Assembly (NCBI RefSeq): GCF_000009045.1
Contig: NC_000964.3
Location: 2,280,001-2,312,000, forward strand
Length of the DNA: 32,000 bases
Reading direction: 5' to 3'
Source: Bacillus subtilis subsp. subtilis str. 168
GTDB lineage: Bacteria > Bacillota > Bacilli > Bacillales > Bacillaceae
Under the pieces are notes generated by a model. That model was not told where the DNA came from, did not search any database, and saw nothing but the letters and a program-made list of their open reading frames with translations. The position numbers and the translations under genes were made by a program. Within the stretch, counting starts at the first letter, position 1; each line of letters opens with the position of its first letter. Below, piece by piece: positions 28,137-32,000 of the stretch.

Positions 28137-28168
28137 AGGAGAGGCATTCGCCTCTCCTATTTGATTTT
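28137..28168. terminator. Convergent terminator between cspD and degR
   Basis: AGGAGAGGC-attc-GCCTCTCCT followed by ATTTGATTTT. The degR stop lies in the 3' arm. Confidence 0.85.
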
Positions 28169-28339
28169 CATCTGGATTTCAATCGCCAAAATGTTTTGTT
28201 TACACCTCTGTTCAATCTCTTCAACATACTTTTCCATTGATGGTTTTCCTTTTTTCGCGATATCGGCCAGTTCTTCTAAATCACTGTATATTTCTATAAA
28301 TGTTTTGTGAAGGATCAACTTCAAGTCTTTATCATCCAT
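28157..28339 (-). CDS. degR: DegU-phosphate stabilising protein DegR (60 aa)
   Basis: MDDKDLKLILHKTF... is preceded by GAAGGGGAAC. The ORF-track start is 8 codons longer and has no SD. Confidence 0.85.
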   Translation of the reverse strand: MDDKDLKLILHKTFIEIYSDLEELADIAKKGKPSMEKYVEEIEQRCKQNILAIEIQMKIK

Positions 28340-28410
28340 AGCTGCGTTCCCCTTCTCTATCAAGATACCTCAAATAGTAAAACGGTCCTATTTATTCTGG
28401 TTCAATAGTT

Positions 28411-28418
28411 ATATCGGC
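28411..28418 (-). promoter_or_regulatory. SigmaD-type -10 (GCCGATAT) upstream of degR
   Basis: The minus strand reads AAGCCGATATAA about 70 nt upstream of the start. The -35 is only A-rich (GAAA/TAAA-like). Confidence 0.5.
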
Positions 28419-28494
28419 TTATTTTTATTTTCTTTTCTATTTTGGTACATAAATTTCAAAAAAACTCTGCAAAATAATGGCGGAGGTGTTTTTT

Positions 28495-28764
28495 GTGACT
28501 TCAGAATTTCATAATGAGGATCAGACCGGCTTTACGGATAAGCGGCAGCTGGAACTAGCGGTGGAAACAGCGCAGAAAACAACAGGAGCCGCGACGAGAG
28601 GCCAAAGCAAAACATTAGTCGACTCTGCATACCAAGCCATTGAGGATGCTAGAGAACTGTCACAATCTGAAGAGCTGGCAGCTCTCGATGATCCTGAATT
28701 TGTAAAGCAGCAACAGCAGCTGCTAGATGACAGCGAGCATCAGCTGGATGAATTCAAAGAATAA
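28495..28764 (+). CDS. ypzA: Small acidic protein of unknown function (89 aa)
   Basis: A GTG start is preceded by GGAGGTG with 5-nt spacing. The ATG at 28477 has no SD. Confidence 0.6.
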   Translation: MTSEFHNEDQTGFTDKRQLELAVETAQKTTGAATRGQSKTLVDSAYQAIEDARELSQSEELAALDDPEFVKQQQQLLDDSEHQLDEFKE

Positions 28765-28793
28765 AAACCGCAGCTTCTGCGGTTTTTATTTTT
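28763..28793. terminator. Convergent terminator between ypzA and ypeQ
   Basis: AAAAACCGCAG-ctt-CTGCGGTTTTT. Confidence 0.85.
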
Positions 28794-28974
28794 AGTGATT
28801 GGTTAAGACATCTCCGTATTGTTTCAACTTTTCACCAACCGTACATTTATTGATACAAAATGAATGCGCATAAGTTTTGCCAAATTCTTTGCGAAACTGC
28901 TTCTTAATAAAACAGTCCTTGCAATATTCATCGTGCAGTTCTGTCAGTTCTTTAAAGATCATTTTCTTATCCAA
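28792..28974 (-). CDS. ypeQ: Small CxxC...CxxxC zinc-binding protein (about 60 aa)
   Basis: Cys pairs YCKDC and FCINKC. TTG 28974 lies 9 nt after GGAG; ATG 28983 abuts the SD. Its 5' end overlaps the ypeP 3' end by 8-17 nt. Confidence 0.6.
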   Translation of the reverse strand: MDKKMIFKELTELHDEYCKDCFIKKQFRKEFGKTYAHSFCINKCTVGEKLKQYGDVLTNH

Positions 28975-29647
28975 TATCGTCATCTCCGTTACGGTCTAAT
29001 TTCGTGTGGCTTTCTACGAATTGATGGGATAGAATTTTTTTAGCGAGGCCGTCAGCTTCCTGATTGTCTTTTCGTTGTATTGTTTCGTAGGTTGGAGTAA
29101 GCTTCAGCGATTCAAGGAGTGCTTCTATTTTGTCCAGCCATTCATTATGAGATGGATCATAACAAGGCCAGCTGCCGTCAAGCTGATTCAGCACAACAAG
29201 CGAGTCCCCTTTGATTGTAATTGAATTTCTGCTTGCCCCAAGCTCTCTTACTTCTCTTATTGCTTCATAAAGCGCTGCGTATTCAGCTTCATTATTGGTT
29301 TTCAGCCGGAAGCTTTTATTTTTTCTCAAGCGATGCCGGGTTCCTCCCAATGAATAATAGATGACGATCCCGAGACCGGCCAGTTCGCTCTCTTTATCGA
29401 AACTGCCGTCAAAATAAACAGTAATGTCATCAGGCTCTTGAGCAAGCTCCTCTGTCAGCTTTTCCAATTCCTTCAGCGTCCAGCTGCCGCCTTTCTCGTC
29501 TTCGAACTCTAGCTCCTTCATGTATGGAAAACGGCCAAGTTCTCTGGCGAACGTACGTGCCTGCTGTGCTGTCAGCCAGTCTTCGCTAAAAAATGAGACG
29601 GATCCCGTTCCTTTTGCTTCTATTTTCAAATGCGGTCTGAGCTTCAT
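28967..29647 (-). CDS. ypeP: RNase H-like (RNase HI fold) protein with an N-terminal domain of about 85 aa and unknown function
   Basis: 226 aa from MKLRPHLK after AAGGTGA. Candidate DEDD residues lie in YFDGS, NNEAEY, KGDS and NQEADGLAKK. Confidence 0.8.
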   Translation of the reverse strand: MKLRPHLKIEAKGTGSVSFFSEDWLTAQQARTFARELGRFPYMKELEFEDEKGGSWTLKELEKLTEELAQEPDDITVYFDGSFDKESELAGLGIVIYYSLGGTRHRLRKNKSFRLKTNNEAEYAALYEAIREVRELGASRNSITIKGDSLVVLNQLDGSWPCYDPSHNEWLDKIEALLESLKLTPTYETIQRKDNQEADGLAKKILSHQFVESHTKLDRNGDDDIG

Positions 29648-29729
29648 TACAATCACCTTACCATTCATTAGTTGCCGGGCTTATGCTATAATCAAACCAA
29701 TCTTACCCCGGAAAGGAAGCTTTTTCATC

Positions 29730-30419
29730 TTGTTTAATAATTCGTTTTGGATCTTTTTTGCGATCATTCATTTTATCATTGTTCTTTTATTTTATAAAGG
29801 ATTTGGCAAAATGGGACTGTTTGTTTGGATCGGTTTTGCGACAGTCTGCGCCAACCTCCAAGTCGTCAAAACAGTCGAACTGTTTGGCTTAACAGCGACA
29901 CTCGGGAATGTGATGTATGGCACAATCTTTTTTGCGACAGATGTGCTGAATGAAAAATACGGACCAGCTGAAGCCAGAAAAGCGGTATGGCTCGGATTCT
30001 CAACGCTCCTGACGCTGACATTTGTCATGCAGGGCGTGCTGCTTTTCGAACCGGCTTCCAGCGACATATCACAAACAGCGCTGGAAACGATCTTCGGATT
30101 CCTTCCGCGAGTTGCGTTAGGAAGTCTGCTTGCCTTTATCTTCAGCCAAACGCTGGATGTTTATGTATATTCGGCAATTAGAAGGATATTTCCTTCTGAT
30201 CGGCTTTTATGGCTCAGAAACGGCGGCAGTACAGCAGTCAGCCAGTTGTTTGATACATTCATATTCACTGCAGTCGCCTTTCTCGGCATTTATCCGGCAG
30301 ACGTGTGGCTTCATATTTTTATTTCTACATATTTGATTAAGTTTGCGGTATCTTTAATTTCATTGCCTTATGCCTATGCAGCCAAAAAAATGATACCTAA
30401 TGATGAAAGGAGTTCATAA
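29730..30419 (+). CDS. ypdP: YhhQ/COG1738-family membrane protein (queuosine-precursor transporter family)
   Basis: 229 aa from TTG 29730, preceded by GGAAAGGAAG. The protein is polytopic. The ORF-track start at 29520 overlaps ypeP on the other strand and is rejected. Confidence 0.75.
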
Positions 30420-30817
30420 TGCCTACAGAAATATATGTAGACGGCGCAAGCGCCGGTAATCCAGGGCCTTCCGGTATCGGCATTTTTATCAAACATGAGG
30501 GAAAAGCAGAATCTTTCTCTATTCCAATCGGAGTGCATACAAACCAGGAAGCGGAATTTCTTGCATTAATTGAAGGGATGAAGCTATGTGCAACGCGCGG
30601 GTATCAATCAGTTTCCTTTCGAACCGATTCAGATATTGTGGAACGCGCCACTGAGCTTGAAATGGTTAAAAATATAACGTTTCAACCGTTTGTAGAAGAG
30701 ATCATCCGATTAAAAGCGGCATTCCCTCTTTTTTTCATCAAATGGATACCGGGCAAGCAAAACCAAAAAGCCGATCTTCTGGCAAAAGAAGCGATTCGGC
30801 TGAATGAAAAGAATTAA
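30419..30817 (+). CDS. ypdQ: Minimal RNase HI-like protein (132 aa)
   Basis: Motifs [24 protein letters not shown] and [11 protein letters not shown]. Its ATG shares one nt with the ypdP TAA (TAATG). Confidence 0.85.
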
Positions 30818-30840
30818 ATCTTGATCATTGGTTCATCCTA
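30811..30840 (+). promoter_or_regulatory. Forespore (sigmaG/F-type) promoter candidate for sspL
   Basis: GAATTA-17 nt-CATCCTA, which fits GnATa...CAtnnTA, ends 19 nt before the ATG. Confidence 0.45.
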
Positions 30841-30858
30841 ATGGCGAGGTGAACTAAC

Positions 30859-30987
30859 ATGAAAAAGAAAGATAAAGGCCGGCTGACCGGCGGTGTTACT
30901 CCGCAAGGCGACCTGGAAGGCAATACACATAATGACCCTAAAACAGAGCTTGAGGAGAGAGCAAAAAAAAGCAATACAAAACGCTAG
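30859..30987 (+). CDS. sspL: Minor small acid-soluble spore protein (42 aa)
   Basis: Hand translation gives MKKKDKGRLTGGVTPQGDLEGNTHNDPKTELEERAKKSNTKR. RBS GGCGAGGTGA precedes the start. Coordinates are anchored to the ORF-track frame at 30893. It is below the ORF-track cutoff. Confidence 0.75.
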   Translation: MKKKDKGRLTGGVTPQGDLEGNTHNDPKTELEERAKKSNTKR

Positions 30988-31015
30988 AGAGGATCTAAAC
31001 GATCTCTCTAGCGTT
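30980..31015. terminator. Convergent hairpin shared by sspL and ypcP
   Basis: A stem of about 15 bp, AACGCTAGAGAG(G)ATC/GATCTCTCTAGCGTT, with loop TAAAC. The sspL TAG is in the 5' arm and the ypcP TAG is in the loop. Confidence 0.75.
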
Positions 31016-31885
31016 CAGCTTTTCAAGCATACGCTCAATTCCTTTAATTTGGTGGCGGCGAAGCATGTCAGCCGCCTGCTCCATTTGCAAAGTAAATAAA
31101 GCGTCTTTCAGTGTGCAGGCCAGCGGCACTGAGCAATGGATTTCCGCAAGCTTCCTCGACATCTCCAAATCGCTTAAACCTTGCTGAATTTTTCCCTGCT
31201 GTCCTTTTGGAAGAAGAGAAAGATTTTCCAATAAACGGTCAATCGTTTCGTATTCACGAATCAGTTTGTAGGCTGTTTTTTCTCCAATGCCTTTGACTCC
31301 GGGATAGTTATCACTGGAATCACCCATAAGCGCTTTAATATCAATCAAAGCCTTCGGCATTACGCCTGTTTCTTCATAAAAAGTCTCTTTTGTATAGACT
31401 TTATAATTTCCGATTCCTTTTTGAAGCAAAGCAACGCTTACTTTATCCGTTAACAGCTGAAGTAAATCTCTGTCCCCTGTTACCACCGTAATGTCCGCTT
31501 CATTCGCAAATAAATCGGCAAGAGTACCGATACAGTCATCCGCTTCATAGCCGGCAAAGCCAATATTCATGATTCCAAGCTCTGCGGCTGCTTCCTTTGC
31601 CAAATCAAACTGCGGAATCAGCTCCACAGGCGGCGCGCTGCGGTTGGCCTTATAATCTTGGAACAAGTCATTTCGGTACGTTTTGCTCCCCATGTCCCAG
31701 CAGCAGACGACGTGTGTCGGCTGGAATGTTTCCACAGCTGTAATCAAATGCTTTAAAAAGCCGTTGACGCCGTTCGTCGGCACCCCGCTGTCATTTATCA
31801 TAAAGTTGCGATGTACGGCCGTGGCAAAAAAGGCCCGGAATAAAAGAGCCATGCCGTCAACCAGCAATAGTTTATTATTATTCAT
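30995..31885 (-). CDS. ypcP: 5'-3' exonuclease / flap endonuclease (Pol I N-terminal-domain homologue)
   Basis: 296 aa from the ATG after GGGAG. Motifs LLLVDGMALLFRAFFA, CWD, YEADD, TGDRDLLQL and GDSSDNYPGVKGIGEKTA. Confidence 0.9.
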   Translation of the reverse strand: MNNNKLLLVDGMALLFRAFFATAVHRNFMINDSGVPTNGVNGFLKHLITAVETFQPTHVVCCWDMGSKTYRNDLFQDYKANRSAPPVELIPQFDLAKEAAAELGIMNIGFAGYEADDCIGTLADLFANEADITVVTGDRDLLQLLTDKVSVALLQKGIGNYKVYTKETFYEETGVMPKALIDIKALMGDSSDNYPGVKGIGEKTAYKLIREYETIDRLLENLSLLPKGQQGKIQQGLSDLEMSRKLAEIHCSVPLACTLKDALFTLQMEQAADMLRRHQIKGIERMLEKLNAREIV

Positions 31886-31934
31886 CAAATAACTCCCTTT
31901 TCTTTCATTCCTTCTATTTTATCATAAAGCAGCC

Positions 31935-31976
31935 CAAAAATAAAAAACAGTATCTCTTTAATTAGAGATACTGTTT
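31935..31976 (-). terminator. Terminator of the upstream minus-strand gene, which lies beyond the window end
   Basis: AACAGTATCTCT-ttaatt-AGAGATACTGTT (12 bp), followed on the minus strand by TTTTTTATTTTT. Confidence 0.75.
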
Positions 31977-32000
31977 GAATATTTATCAATCGTTGTGTCT

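Noticed and set aside
29520-29729. N-terminal 70-codon extension of ypdP given by the ORF track
   Set aside because: The extension runs antisense through the ypeP 5' end and its promoter region and has no SD. TTG 29730 has GGAAAGGAAG upstream and gives the family-typical length of about 229 aa.
30893-31099. 68-aa plus-strand ORF from the track
   Set aside because: It is out of frame with the SD-supported, SASP-like sspL ORF. It also runs through the convergent hairpin, antisense into ypcP.

Overview
By recognising almost every encoded protein (from recall, no search was run), this is a Bacillus subtilis 168-type chromosome. Positions 1-6448 are the AT-rich right end of an SPbeta-type prophage: yokF, yokE, yokD, a small unlisted yokU-like ORF, yokC, yokB and the large serine recombinase sprA/yokA. 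The prophage ends at an attR core that lies inside the split spore-polysaccharide gene spsM; its 3' fragment is ypqP. Positions 6449-32000 are ordinary core genome: msrBA, ypoP, ypnP, ypmTSRQ(sco)-ypmP, ilvA, yplP, yplQ, ypkP-dfrA-thyB, ypjQP, ypiP, brxA/yphP, ilvD, ypgR, ypgQ, bsaA, metA, ugtP, cspD, degR, ypzA, ypeQ, ypeP, ypdP, ypdQ, sspL and ypcP. Many ORF-track starts are too long, and I re-set them where a Shine-Dalgarno (SD) sequence supports an internal start. Three short genes below the ORF-track cutoff are added: the yokU-like ORF, a 24-aa membrane micro-ORF, and sspL. I saw no rRNA, tRNA, CRISPR array or IS element. I did not find an unambiguous new multi-gene system. The best candidates for undescribed biology are: (1) the uncharacterised lipoprotein/cytoplasmic-protein cassette yokB-yokC (plus the Zn-ribbon mini-protein) next to the recombinase; (2) the prophage-borne AAC(3)-like yokD with its long leader; (3) YplP, an enhancer-binding-protein (bEBP) homologue lacking the GAFTGA sigma-54 contact loop; (4) two RNase H-like paralogues with apparently intact catalytic carboxylates flanking a YhhQ-family transporter; (5) a strongly signalled 24-aa hydrophobic micro-ORF; (6) terminator hairpins that contain or abut the next gene's SD in the ilvD-brxA-ypiP series.
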